Below the pieces are notes generated by a model. It saw only the letters and a list, made by a program, of their open reading frames with translations, made no database searches and had not been told where the DNA came from. Below, piece by piece: positions 1-12,100 of a DNA stretch of 64,000 bases (position 1 is its first letter; every line of letters starts with the position of its first letter). A program made the translations under genes and the position numbers. Source of the stretch: Eledone cirrhosa (lineage: Eukaryota); NCBI GenBank assembly GCA_964016885.1, contig OZ024743.1, forward strand, positions 90,520,001-90,584,000, written 5' to 3'.

Positions 1-175
1 CGCAAAAAAAATTATCAAAATAATCCCCCTAGAGTCTATTGCACTTCCCCATCCCTCTCTGCCACGTCTCCATGTACTCATGGGGGGAATCTCGGCAGCT
101 CCATCATGGCCCTCTTGAAAGCTCTGGTGCTCATACTCAAAGATCCATGACGCACTGGTGATGACTCTCCTTCAA

Positions 176-376
176 ACAGTCGCTCAATGTTGGCTTCAGT
201 CCTGCTTGTTGAAGGCCTTCCTCTCCTGAGGATGTCTTCCACATACTCGCATCTCTCTTTGAACTTGTTGTGCCACTCGAAAATCCGTGAGTGTGACATT
301 GTCTCATCTCTGAGTGGTTCTGAGTTTTCCCCAGCTGGACTAGAAACTTCAAGTTGGTTTGTTGCTCTATGCCCAT
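176..376 (-). mobile_element. Tc1/mariner transposase N-terminal (HTH) relic, frameshifted
   Basis: Two frames give EQQTNLKFLVQLGKT and RIFEWHNKFKE...VED..RRGRPSTSRTEANIER, typical of the mariner DNA-binding region. Confidence 0.8.
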
Positions 377-2629
377 CGCTCGATGACCTAGTCCTTTATC
401 AGAAGATAGAGTTAGAAATAGAAGATAAATAGAAAGTAAAGAGGAAGGACTGGGGGAGAAAAAAATGTGCATATTATAAAGAGAGTGAGTGACTTTGCAT
501 GTGTCAGATGCACAAGGATAGTTGATACTGGTGATATAAACCTTTTTCAATCTCTTTAAGGTACCATAGAAATAGTTGATAATTTCTGTTTCTTAGGTCA
601 CCTAATTAGCAATAGATGTTGATTGCTTTGAAAGCATAGTAACTAGAATAAAAAGTTGGAGAATGTTCAGTGAGCTATTCTGTTTAAAACGAATTTTTCT
701 CTGAGTGATGAATAGCTAGTAATTTATCTGACACCAGCACTAGAGATGGATAAGTAACAGGTGTGGGGAGTTGTTAGTGATGATGGAATATGAATGTTAC
801 CTGAGTTTTGGGTGATGTAGGGAGAGAAAAGGTGAAAAGGCATGTTTTGGGGTGAATGAGGTGTGGTGGAGGTTTGACAAGGTGATGGGAGAGAGAAAGG
901 TTTGTGAAGATGGGTAGAGTTAAAATAATTCTTGTGGGTATTAATGTTTCATTGCTGGTCTATTTTGATACAACAGTGCTATTATCACTTAATGTTTTAT
1001 TGGTTGCAGAAAATTATGTTATATATAATATAGAAAAGCAGACATTAAATGATGATGAATATAATATATTAGGTGTGGGCATAACTGTGATCAAGAAGTT
1101 TGCTTTGCAACCACATGGTTGTAGATTCACTCTCACTGCACAGCTCTTTAGACTATCTTCTATAGTCATATCTTGATCAATGTTTGGTGAATGATATTTG
1201 GTACAATCTCTTACGTCTCCCTGACCGTCCTCCGGGGCAATGCATTCTCCATCATGTTGGCCGAGACCCAATAGTGGAGGGGAAGTTAGTTGGTGATGGA
1301 GAATACTCGTTTGGATGTCACTTCAACAACTAATGTATATTTACATATGAAGTATTCCACCTAAGTTAACACAGGGATAATAGGCGTTAAATGAGGATGA
1401 TGGTGATTTTAAATGTGTGTGTATGCATGTGTTGATAAAATAAGTACTTAAACGAGTACTGAACTCATGGTTGTCTGCATACGTTGTTCAAGGTGGTGTC
1501 AGCATGGCCACAATTTATGACTGAAGCCATTAAAAGAATAGATTCTAGGTAGCCATTAGAGATATTTTCAATTCAACTTTTATTTTTGTGTTTTATTTTA
1601 ATCAATTTATATATTTTATGGTTTATTTTGAGTGTATTTAAAAAAGAATTAATTATTGTTGAGAAGTGTTTCACTTATTTACTGGTTCTGTTCTATCAAT
1701 TTGTAGAATTAATAAGCAAGTGCATCCGGTGTGATAGCCGTCAGCCAATATTAGACATTTCCTATATATGTATTAAGTGATAAAAACTTTAGCTTTCACT
1801 ATTGCTGTCTTAGTTATATTTCCAGAGAAATAGTTGTTACAGTTCACACCTACGTAGATTTAGCTTTAGCTGGCCTCCTGTGAAGTTTGCATCTCAGAAG
1901 GATTCTCAGGTGGTTTAATAATAGAAGACCTCTGTCTTGTCATGAAATGCAATGTGTGAGGATCTAATTCATGACTTTTATAAAAGTTTATAACCCCTTT
2001 TCATTATTTTGGTTTCTGTCTTTGGACTGAGGCCATACTGGAGGGGGTTCTAGTTATCATAGCAACCAATTTTAAACTCTGGTACATATTTTATCCATCT
2101 ATTTGTAAAACTGGTGGTGGAAGAGGGAGAGGGTGGTGGTATTGCAAGAGAAGTAGGTGATGGTGGAAGAGAAGAGTAATGGAGGTGGTGGTGTTAGAAG
2201 AGAGGTAGGGTGGTGGTGGGATTAAACAGCAACAAATCAACTGCCTGCCATTCCTCATTACACAGGTGGTGTGGTACATTGACCAGGAAATGGTGATTAA
2301 TAAAGATGGCAGTGGATAGAGACTATATGACATATGGGGGGTGGGGTGTCCAGGTACACAAGGAGTGGTATTACCCATTATTGGTTTGTTTGTTTGTTAT
2401 TGTGTGATATTAATCGACATGTGAATGAATACTCAATACTGAAGTTAAGTTTTTATATATATATATTATATATATAGTGAAAGAGTGAAGAATAAGATGG
2501 TCGACCTTAAATACAATGTGTGTCTCTGATCAAATCATCGGAGTACTGAAGGGTACACATGGCACTGGTATTTATAGATACATTGGAAAATCAAGTAACT
2601 GGATTACCTAAAACGATAACTTGTTATCC

Positions 2630-2662
<33 letters not shown>

Positions 2663-3016
2663 AAAATGGCTTCTACAGGACTAGAACTGTTTCATTCAAA
2701 AGAGATCATCGGGAAAGGCATGATTATTTTTTTTTAATGAAATATTTCTAGTTCTGTAGAAGCCATTTCTATATTAAACATGATGTTTATTCTCTACTCA
2801 TGTATTGAGTACCTTACTGTGGTTACCCCAGGACTCACACATACAAACACACACGCATATATATTATATATATGAGAGAGAGAGGACTGATAATCCTGTG
2901 AGTTCACAGGTGAAACTCCTGAGTAACAAGGTTCAGCACTTAGCCATAATAAAGGATATTTAAATTCTACTTCAAGTATTGAATAATCGTTCTCACATCT
3001 GTCAGTATCACATAGA

Positions 3017-3340
3017 TCATCATCATTGTTTAACGTCTATCTTCCATGCTAGCATCGGTTTAGATAGGAATTGCCCCACTTGAGGCAAGATTGGTTGTCT
3101 TGTTCGTATAGGACTGTCTGGCGGGTTTTCTACGGCTGGATGCCCTTCCTAACACCAACCACATTTACAGTGTGGACCCGGGGGTTTTTACCATGTTACC
3201 TACACGGCCACATTACAGCGTGGACTGTGTTTTTTGTTGTGACACCTACACAAACTCATTTATTTAGGACTGGATGTTGTGGTACCAACATAACTTTACA
3301 GAGAAAGGGGTGGGGGTAGTGGGATGGGGGTGTATTTTTG
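3017..3340 (-). mobile_element. RTE LINE 3' UTR fragment with (GAT)n tail
   Basis: Collinear with 34162-34515 (ccacttgaggcaaga..., ggatgcccttcctaacaccaaccacatttacagtgt...). Confidence 0.85.
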
Positions 3341-3583
3341 ATGTACATGTGTGTGTGTGTGTGCATCCTCACATATATGTATACTTGATATGCACATATC
3401 TATGTCACTATAGTTACACGATAAACATTTGTACTCTGTGTCTGTATATCCTGCTTGTTATACACACACTATATCTGTGTTATGCTTCAAAGAGAAACAA
3501 AAAGTGAACGTGTTTTCCTGGCCAAGAAATTGAAGGTGCTTTCCTCAGGTGAAAACTGGAAATACTATTTATTTATTTGTTAA

Positions 3584-3793
3584 CTCTTTAGCATTTACAT
3601 TACTCTATATATACTATTATATTTTCATGGTAAATGCTTTATCTCACATAATTATCTCATATAATATCGAATCTATGAGATTTTTAAAGTATTTATTTTG
3701 AGAACAATACCTTAACATCAGTTTGAGTGACCTGTTACAGCCAGTTTCAACAGAAAAAGGTAGAGAATTCTGGCCAGTTTGAACATTAAAGGG
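3584..3793. mobile_element. piggyBac-type MITE family A (~200 bp). Other copies: 13444-13647, 18407-21096 (interrupted), 32943-33150, 36085-36272, ~47949-48154
   Basis: CCCTTTAGCATT-like TIRs, TTAA flanks, shared interior (gaattctctcacctctttctgttcaaac). Confidence 0.85.
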
Positions 3794-4801
3794 TTAAGCA
3801 AATAAATGGATCTAATATATTTAAATAATTGTATAGTAATATATTTAAATAATTGTTCAAGTATATCATTATTTATTACAAATGATAAAAAGACCTTGTA
3901 TCTTTCACTGACCCATTTAGTTTTATGTCAGCATGGAAGCTGGACATAAAACGATAATTATTTTATTCTATCATTTGGAAAGGCATAATGCCACATGTCC
4001 ATTTTTCCCATGCTAGCATGGGTTGTGTGAAACGTTTATGCAGGTCATAAACAACATTAACATTTACACTAGTAATATTAAATGCAAAGTAACATATGCA
4101 TGCACACATATCTATACATGCTTCCTTGCAGTTTCCATCTACCAAATTCACTCAAAATATTGGCTGACTTCAGGCTATAGTAGGAAACTCTTGCCATGTG
4201 GGTTTTCTTTTTAATACCATGATAGATTTTTAACCAAAATTGTTGAGCACCTTATAGGAACTAGAGGCTATTTCCCACCAAAAATAATGAAATTTTGACT
4301 CTATTTACAATAGCTTATACCTTGTTAATGGTGTGTGACCAAGAGTATAAATAGATGTATTTGAAGAAATATTTCTCTGGCCTTCCAGGTGATGAGTGTT
4401 AGTTTACATACATGTATCTTGCAGAAACACAGGGCCACATTTCAGCTAATGTATGTCCTTATAGACTGCAGATATACTTTCAAGGGATCTAGTCAATCAT
4501 ATCAACCACAATATTTTTCAAATCTGCTACTCATACCACTCCTGCTAAACAATCACAGTGTTTAAAAAAGGGGTTAAAGTATGCCCCAAGCCTAGTAGCT
4601 TTTCAAACTGGATCTTATCTTGATTTCATTGCTGGTCATTCACTGATTTAAACCCCACCCATACCCCAGTTACTGCTGATACTCATTTTCAGCTAAATAG
4701 ACTGGAGCTGTGTTGAGAGCCCAACATCCTAACCACTGGGCTGTGCACCTTCACATGTATGGTGATGAAAGAAACTTATCTAAGCAAATATTCTGTAAAT
4801 A

Positions 4802-5108
4802 TTCTCGGGTCTCAAATACCCCCCCCGCGCTCTTATTCCACCCCTACCCCCATTAAATTTTGCTAATCTATCTCCACCGAAATTTTATTTTAAGTGATAG
4901 CATTCCTGCAACAATTTTCTTTATACATGAAAAAACAACTGACAAGTGCATTACAAGAAATCCCATATGTTATAAAATAAATAGGATGTGTTGGGTTCTC
5001 AGTATGTAAACTCAGCGACTAATTCTGTTTTTTTTTTTATATATCAACAGAGACAACCTAGAAAAATTACTGGATCCCCTCCCCTCCCAATTATTTGGGA
5101 CCCAAGAG
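4802..5108. mobile_element. TA-flanked MITE with CTCTTGGGTCCCAAATAAT-like TIRs (probably Tc1/mariner superfamily). Other copies: 29397-29742 and ~62100-62390 (inverted)
   Basis: Three homologous ~310-350 bp copies with imperfect ~19-bp TIRs and TA flanks. Confidence 0.75.
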
Positions 5109-5394
5109 TACTTTGAGAGTGCACTTATGTGCAGGAAAATCTGATTAGAGTGCTATATAGGGGCTAGAGTTTAGGCCTATTTATTATATTTACATATAAA
5201 CAAAAAATGAACCGGCATCCAACCAACTCATATATATAGAAATTAATTGTATTCACTTTACCATGGTAACATTCAGAAATAGAAACAAATGAAATTATAA
5301 CTAGAGTATCAGATTCTACACAAACATAGCATTTAACAAAATATATATAATAATGGAACTAGCAATCGTGTAAACAATATTGTATGAAATGTCT

Positions 5395-5640
5395 GGGCAA
5401 TGCTTCTATTGTTTGGATCTATTATTAATCAGTGTTTATATTCCTTGGGTCTACCAAGTATATCTACAATATATTGGTCAGTGTTAATATAGCTTGGGTC
5501 AATCATTGGTCAGTGTTTGGGCAATGCTATTGTTTGGATCTATTAATCAGTGTTTATATTCCTTGGGTCTACCAAGTATATCTACAATATATTGGTCAGT
5601 AGTTCTATAGCTTGGGGCAACTGTTGGTCAGTATTTATAT
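5395..5640. repeat. Tandem duplication of a ~125-bp unit with internal tggtcagt sub-repeats
   Basis: gggcaatgc...ggatctatta...cttgggtctaccaagtatatctacaatatattggtcagt occurs twice. Confidence 0.85.
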
Positions 5641-6240
5641 CCAGGATTATTTACAATGTATTTGTCAGTAGCATTTTTTTATATACCAGTGTTAGACTAT
5701 GAAATTCATTCATAGTAATATTTTTGCCCAATGAGAAAGCGCATCCAAATTTTTACTGTTGATCTGCTTTGATCATCTCATTAATCATCACTGTTTAACA
5801 TCTATTTTCCATGGGTTAGACGGGCTCTCGTGTACTGAGGTTAGATTGGTTGGGTGACCACATCTTGCTTATATGCTCCATTTTGGGCTGTTTCTACGGC
5901 TGGAAGCCCTTCATATAACATTTCACAAGGCTAAGGGAATATACATTACTGGTATTTTATTTTATCAAACTTGTAAGGATGAAAGGCAAAGCTAACCTCG
6001 ACGGGATTTACACTCAGAACATAAATAATAAAGTTTGAGTTCAATGACTCAATTTGTGTGGTGTATCGATCAGATTTTGTAAAGAAGAGCTTCAACATGT
6101 TTGTATAGTGAGAGGAGTAACAGTGATCATGACATCTGCTGGCTGTCCCTAATTGCTGACATCATTTTAGTTGTTTTCACATCATATTTAAAAATGGACA
6201 AGTTTTAAGCCTTGGCAGTCAGACTATATTCTTCCATTAA

Positions 6241-6434
6241 CCCTATTGTTACCATATTTATGAAGAAAGACACTACTTGTGATTTTCTGATAATTTGGGA
6301 AAATTTTATAATATAAGTTTCTTAAGCTGGTGTTTGGAACATAACTTTAACAAAGTTTCTTTCATTAAATTATGAGAGAACGTTTTTATATCAAAGGAGC
6401 AAGGACTGTTTCATAGAGTTTAGTATCAAAAGGG
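6241..6434. mobile_element. piggyBac-type MITE family B (~200-270 bp). Many decayed copies, e.g. ~10590-10757, 24170-24600, 24978-25170, 31150-31480, 32836-33280, 44980-45233, 49108-49337, 53297-53560, 56001-56216, 61100-61527
   Basis: Ends ttaa-ccctttcattaccatatttctaatgaaa and ggtatcaaaaggg-ttaa recur throughout the window. Confidence 0.8.
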
Positions 6435-7994
6435 GTAATATATTTTCATCATGTCTTTCTTTATTGGTGTGTAGAGGCTATTTACTGTGAAATTGTGTTT
6501 TGGTTTCCTTTCAGTTAGAAGTTGTAGAAATACTTCTTGTTTTAACATATTTGATTAATTTGGTGTTTCTCTGTTTCAGTTTCATAATTGTGTTTAGAAT
6601 TGGTTTTACACCTGTTTCTTTTCCATGCTGATATGGGTTAGACAAGACTTTTTGAGGGAGTATTCTATGGCTAGACACCCTTTCTGGTATCAACCTTCAC
6701 TTGTAGTTTAAGTAAACTAAGGATCTTTGCGCATCTAACAGCTGAGCCATGGGATTTCTTTTTACGTGGGACATTATCTATGTTAATGATATTAAATATG
6801 CAGCAAAAGGAAGAGACTTCCTCCTCCCGTATACACACACCACCAACCAACACCGTTTAACAGCTATTTTCCATGTTTGTATGGGTTAGACTGGTTGTCA
6901 TGTACTAAGATTAGATCGGTTGGGTGACAACAACTTGCTCTTGTGCTGTTTCAGCCTTGTTTTCCTAATGCCAACTACTTTACAGCATAGGAGCATTTTA
7001 TTGTGACTCTGCTTTTACAGGGTCGACTGGGTGTTTTTTACAGATTCCATCTGCCAAATTCACTCACAAAGCATTGGTCTGTTCAAAGTAGAAGACACTT
7101 GTCCAAGTTGTCACACAGTAGAATGATTACAAACAGCCATGTCCGCACCTCCAAATATGTATAGATTTTTTTGTAGAGTGCAGCCTCTTTATTTATTCAT
7201 GGTCTCCAATAAGATGCATTAAAGTGTCTGTCCCTGTATTTATACTGTACAATTTTTGTGAGGTTTTGTGTATGCAGGTCTACTTCATATTTCTCAAAGT
7301 AAATGTATTTAATATATGTTATACATGTTAGTTTTTTAGAACAGTAATTCCCAAACTTTTTTTTAAGAGGAATCAGTGTGACATGGTGTGTGAAAAAAGA
7401 CTGGCCCTTTGAATTACAGGTGTAGTCCATCTGGCAGGCTTCCACATAGTTTCTCTCTACTTAAGATCTGGGTCGACTCAAGACTGTAGCGCAAGCTGGC
7501 TAGGAATCAGCTTTTTAACCACTTAACCAACCTGTGTATGTATGTGTGCGCACGCGCACAGCTATATTGTATTATGTATAATCTTTTACTGATTTGAGCC
7601 ATTGGACTGTGGCCATGCTAGAGCACCGCCTTCTAGGGTTTTATTTAATCATATGATTAAATATTGACGCAGTACTTATTTCAGTCTAGTAGTTACTTTA
7701 TAAATCTCTGCCGAATCACCAACATATAGGACCTAAGATAACACAGCGTAATCACAACTATAGGGTTTTTGTAGAAGACAATAGTTCAAGGTGTCATCCG
7801 GTAGGATTGAACTTTGCATCACATGATTACTGAGCAAGCTTCTTAACCACATAGCGACACCTATATATAAACTTTGTTTAAGTTTTGGGGCATTTGTATT
7901 TTGATTATTTATGTAACTACCAAAATGTTTGCCTTCAGTATATTTCAACAGTTTTGAGTTCATTGTTGACTGTGTAGAAAGAAATAGTAGGATA

Positions 7995-9044
7995 CATCAG
8001 GGTTCGGTCCTCAGCCTGCTTTTGTTTATTATAGTCCTCCAAGCCATAACAGAGGAATTTGACTAGCTGTCCATGGGAACTTCTCTATGCTGACGATCTG
8101 GTTCTTATAGCAGAATCAGTAGAGGAGCTAACGAATAAATTCTGGCTATAGAAACAGCAGTTTGAATCAAGAGGACTGAGAGTGAACCTAGCTAAGACAA
8201 AAATGTTGATGAGTAGAAAAGAGGGCAAAACTCTGATTCCGTCAGGGAAATGGCCATGTTCTATATGCAGAAAAGGAACTGGCATACATTCTATAAAATG
8301 TACACAATGCAGATCTTGGGTACACAAGAGATGTAGTGGGATAGCAGGCAAACTAACAGGTAGGGAAAACTATGTATGCAGTAGATGTACAGGGAAATTA
8401 GATAGTAGAAGTCGCATTGATAGACACATTTTTCAAATGCAGGTGGGTGCTATAGAATTGGTTGATAGCTTCCGGTACCTAGGTGATCAGATTAGCATGG
8501 GAGGGGGGGGGGGTGTTCCGAGGCCAAAGTATCTAGAATAAGGATGGGTTGGAAGAAGTTTAGGGAGCTGCTTCCTCCGTTGACGAAGAAGGGTTTCTCC
8601 CTGTGTACGAAAGGCCGGTTATATGATGCCTGTGTGAGGTGTGCGATGCTGCATGGTAGTGAGACATGGGCAGCAACTGCAGAGGATATGCAACGGCTGG
8701 AGAGAAATGAGGTAAGCATGCTCCATTGGATGTGCAATGTCAATGTGCGTGAACGGCTGAGCATGGATGTGTTGAGAGAGAAACTGTGTCTGGGAGGGAT
8801 AAATTGTTGTGTGCGGGAGAGGAGACTGCGATGGTATGCAGGATGACCGACGCGTGAAGAAGTACCAAGAAAAGCCAGCTGAAGGAAGACGTAGTAGAGG
8901 AAGACCACGAAAAACATGGGCGGAGGTGACCTCAGATCACTGAAGCTCACGGTGGAGATGGCAAAGGACTGTGACAAGTGGAGAAATGCTGTGCTGAATA
9001 GGACCCGTCCCGCCCTTGCAAGCACGTAAAATGATGATGATGAT
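7995..9044 (+). mobile_element. 5'-truncated, frameshifted RTE-clade LINE (RT C-terminal half + PHD-like finger + (GAT)n tail)
   Basis: [28 protein letters not shown] and RRLRWY motifs across broken frames; ends ~30 nt before the PDS5 exon-1 acceptor. Confidence 0.92.
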
Positions 9045-9088
9045 AATTAGTAAAGTAATTTATTTTATTTTGTAGGTGAAAACCGAAG

Positions 9089-9193
9089 ATGCCACTGCCA
9101 AAGGGAGGCAAGCCTAGTAAAATTGTCTATCCTCCAAACTGCAAAGAGGTATCAGAGGATATTGGAAAAGATGAACTCGTTCGAAGACTTAAG
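9089..9193 (+). CDS. PDS5: PDS5 coding exon 1 ([11 protein letters not shown]...ELVRRLK)
   Basis: Acceptor tgtag ends 9075, ATG at 9089, donor gtttgt; resembles the PDS5 N-terminus. Confidence 0.9.
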
Positions 9194-12100
9194 GTTTGTT
9201 TTTATTTAAATTTTGTTAATTAAATTCTTTTTTTTTTCTTTTTGATACAAAACTTTAATAGAATGTTTTTTATTCTTGAAAGTTCATTCAAAATATATTG
9301 TGGATATTTGACTGGAGCCACATATATCTGTTATGGGCTGCAAACAGTTGCATGAAGAAGGAAATTTACAGCTTGCACCAATACAGTTTTAACTGGCCTC
9401 CTATGGTTGTATCTCATAGGAGGTTTCTTGGATGCATTCATATTGTGAAAATCAACATAAAATGTCTTGGGAAAAAATCACTGGAAAGATTTTACAAGCA
9501 AAACCAACCAGGAGGAGGCCCATGAGTAGACCCTGAGCAAGATGGTTGGATAGCATATATGAGCTTGACAGGACCCACTGGAAGGAGTGTTTGAGGACTC
9601 TGCCCCCATGACCCTCTCAGGAATATGTGGGCGAAGAAGTGAAATATTTTGTATTGATTACATATCATTTTGTATAATATACATATTTTTTAATGAACTA
9701 TTTGTGTGTTAATTCCATGTATTGTTTTTGTGTTTTTCTATCAGATGTTGGCCAGAGTATTTCAGGATATGGGGCAGGATGAAAATGAAAAATACTCTGA
9801 ACTAGCATTACATCTTGCCACTGAATTTTTCTTTGATCATGCCAGTAAAGATGTTCGCTTGCTTGTGGCATGTTGTATTGCCGATGTTTTCCGTATTTTT
9901 GCTCCTGAGGCTCCATATAGAGATCCAGACCATTTAAAGGTATATAACCATTTGAATTGTAACAGTCTTACATATTTGTTAATTAATTTACTTTTGAAAG
10001 AGTTAACCTAACCAAAGTTGAATCTTTTAGATAGTTTAACCCCTTCATTACCATATTTCTAATGACACACTGAATGAAACTGGCCCTTGGTTTCAACTGT
10101 TTATATGAGGTGTTTATACTTAATCTAAACATAATTTTATATAAGAAACTTTATTCCAAATATGATTTTAATAATAATTTTAAAAAACGAACCGGCAGGA
10201 GACCCAGGGGTAGACCCTGTTCAAGATGATTGGATAACATCCATGAGCTTAGCTGGTCTTGCTTGGGGATCCAGCTGGATCAGTTGGAGACTGTTCCTTC
10301 TGACAGGACCTGCTGCGAGGATTGTTTAAGGAACGACTCTCTCAGGAATAATAAGAAAAAGTTCTTGATTATTACTTTTGAAAATTAATTATAAATCATA
10401 GTCAGTTTCTTTCATTAGAAATATAGTTCATAAAAAGGTTCCAAATCTTTGGAAATTTCTATCAGATTCTTGAAATCCTACCAATTACATGTTTCAGTAT
10501 CAAGTTTTATAGAAAAGTGGTTATTTCTATTGCTGATGACTGTGCCTGCTATTGGTAGGCTTAACCGCAATACCACATATTTGTTAATTTAATCCTTTTA
10601 ATACCAGCTCACCTGTTAAGTTATGTTCTAAACATCAGCTTAATGATGAGAAAATTAGTTGTATTAGTAAATACCTTCAAATTTATGATTATTTTCAAAA
10701 TTAATTGAAAAAGGTATGCAGTGTATTCCATTAACAATATGGAAATGAAAGGGTTAAAATGTGGGACATTTAGTTAATTAACTGTAATAATATGCCATGT
10801 GTGTTTGTATATTTATATATACTTGTCTGTAACTCTTTAAAATTTACATACACTAATGTATTTCCCATTTGTCATTTTCCTACAATGTTAGCTTTTCAAT
10901 CACAAGATCATAGGTTCTAATCCTACATTTGTCCCAGTAAATAGCTATTTCTCTAAAATTGCTCCTAATTTAATCCTGTATGTCATGTGACATATGTGCT
11001 GAACATTTATGCAATTATATTCTAGATATAAATTATTAAAATGCTATCTTTAATCATTTTCATGTATCAGTAATCAACATACACTATGCAAACCATCCAG
11101 CAATCCTGGTATATATGGCGTACCAATCCTGGACTCCAAAAATTAAATATGTCCAATGCTATTGTGATTGGTGTTAGGAAGGACCTTCCAACCAAAATAC
11201 AGTTCTGTTTGAGCAAGGTATGGTACAGTCAACTGACCAGGCATGCCTCATAACTTGGACGTTTTTTGCTCACACAGGACTGATTTTCTTTGTCAATGTA
11301 ATATGCAGGATATGTGTATTTGGTGTAGAAACAAGACAAAAAATCTATAGCAAGGCTTATACATTTATTTGAGGCTGAAGCTTCACTTAATTGCTGTTAC
11401 GTTTGAAGGACAGAAAAGTCGAAAGAACAACAACAGCCTGATGCATAAGTTTTGAATAAATGAACACTCTCTCTCTCTCTTTCTTTCTCTCTGTATCTCT
11501 CTCCCTCTTTCTCTCTCATGCTTAATTTATTGACTACTTGCTTTCATTGGTATGCTTAAGTGATTTTGTGTTGTTTTTTTAAGGAAATTTTCATGTTTTT
11601 AGTCAAACAACTGCGTGGGCTAGAAGATCCTGAATCTCCTTCTTTTAAGCGCTACTTTTATTTGTTAGAGGTAAGGATTTATATATATATTAATTGTATC
11701 TTCTTTTATACTGTTGTCCAAAATAATACAGATTTTTACCATTGTTGTGTAGGGGCCAAAAGTATAATGCTTTGTGAGTGAAATTTGGTAGATGGAAAGT
11801 TCATTGTGTGTGTGTGTGTGTATATGTGTGTATTTATATACTAGCAGTGGTACCCGGCATTGCACGGGATAAGGTATTTGGGAAGGCGGGCCACCAACAG
11901 ACTTAATCGTGGAAAAACTGCATGCCTGGACAATATGTAAAGAAAATAAACTGAATACTCTGATGGCTGGATAATCTTAAGATTTTCGTCGATGAAGCAG
12001 GAAAAATGTAGGTTTTCACCTAATGCGGGTCCTAGGGGATCAAGAAAATGAATTTTTTTTATGTGCATAATATGCCTTGAAATTTCGGAAAAATCGGCTA

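Noticed and set aside
2480-2830. Possible Penelope-like remnants next to (TA)n (also ~12700-12900, 16140-16340, 57600-57750)
   Set aside because: Too short and degraded to classify without a repeat-library search
9420-10350. Two short GRP..RW-type LINE 3' remnants flanking exon 2 (also ~21100-21420) and possible pogo/Tigger-like ends at ~13195-13770
   Set aside because: Probably old TE fragments, but boundaries and family could not be fixed by eye; the exon-2 pair is in direct orientation, so no dsRNA is predicted
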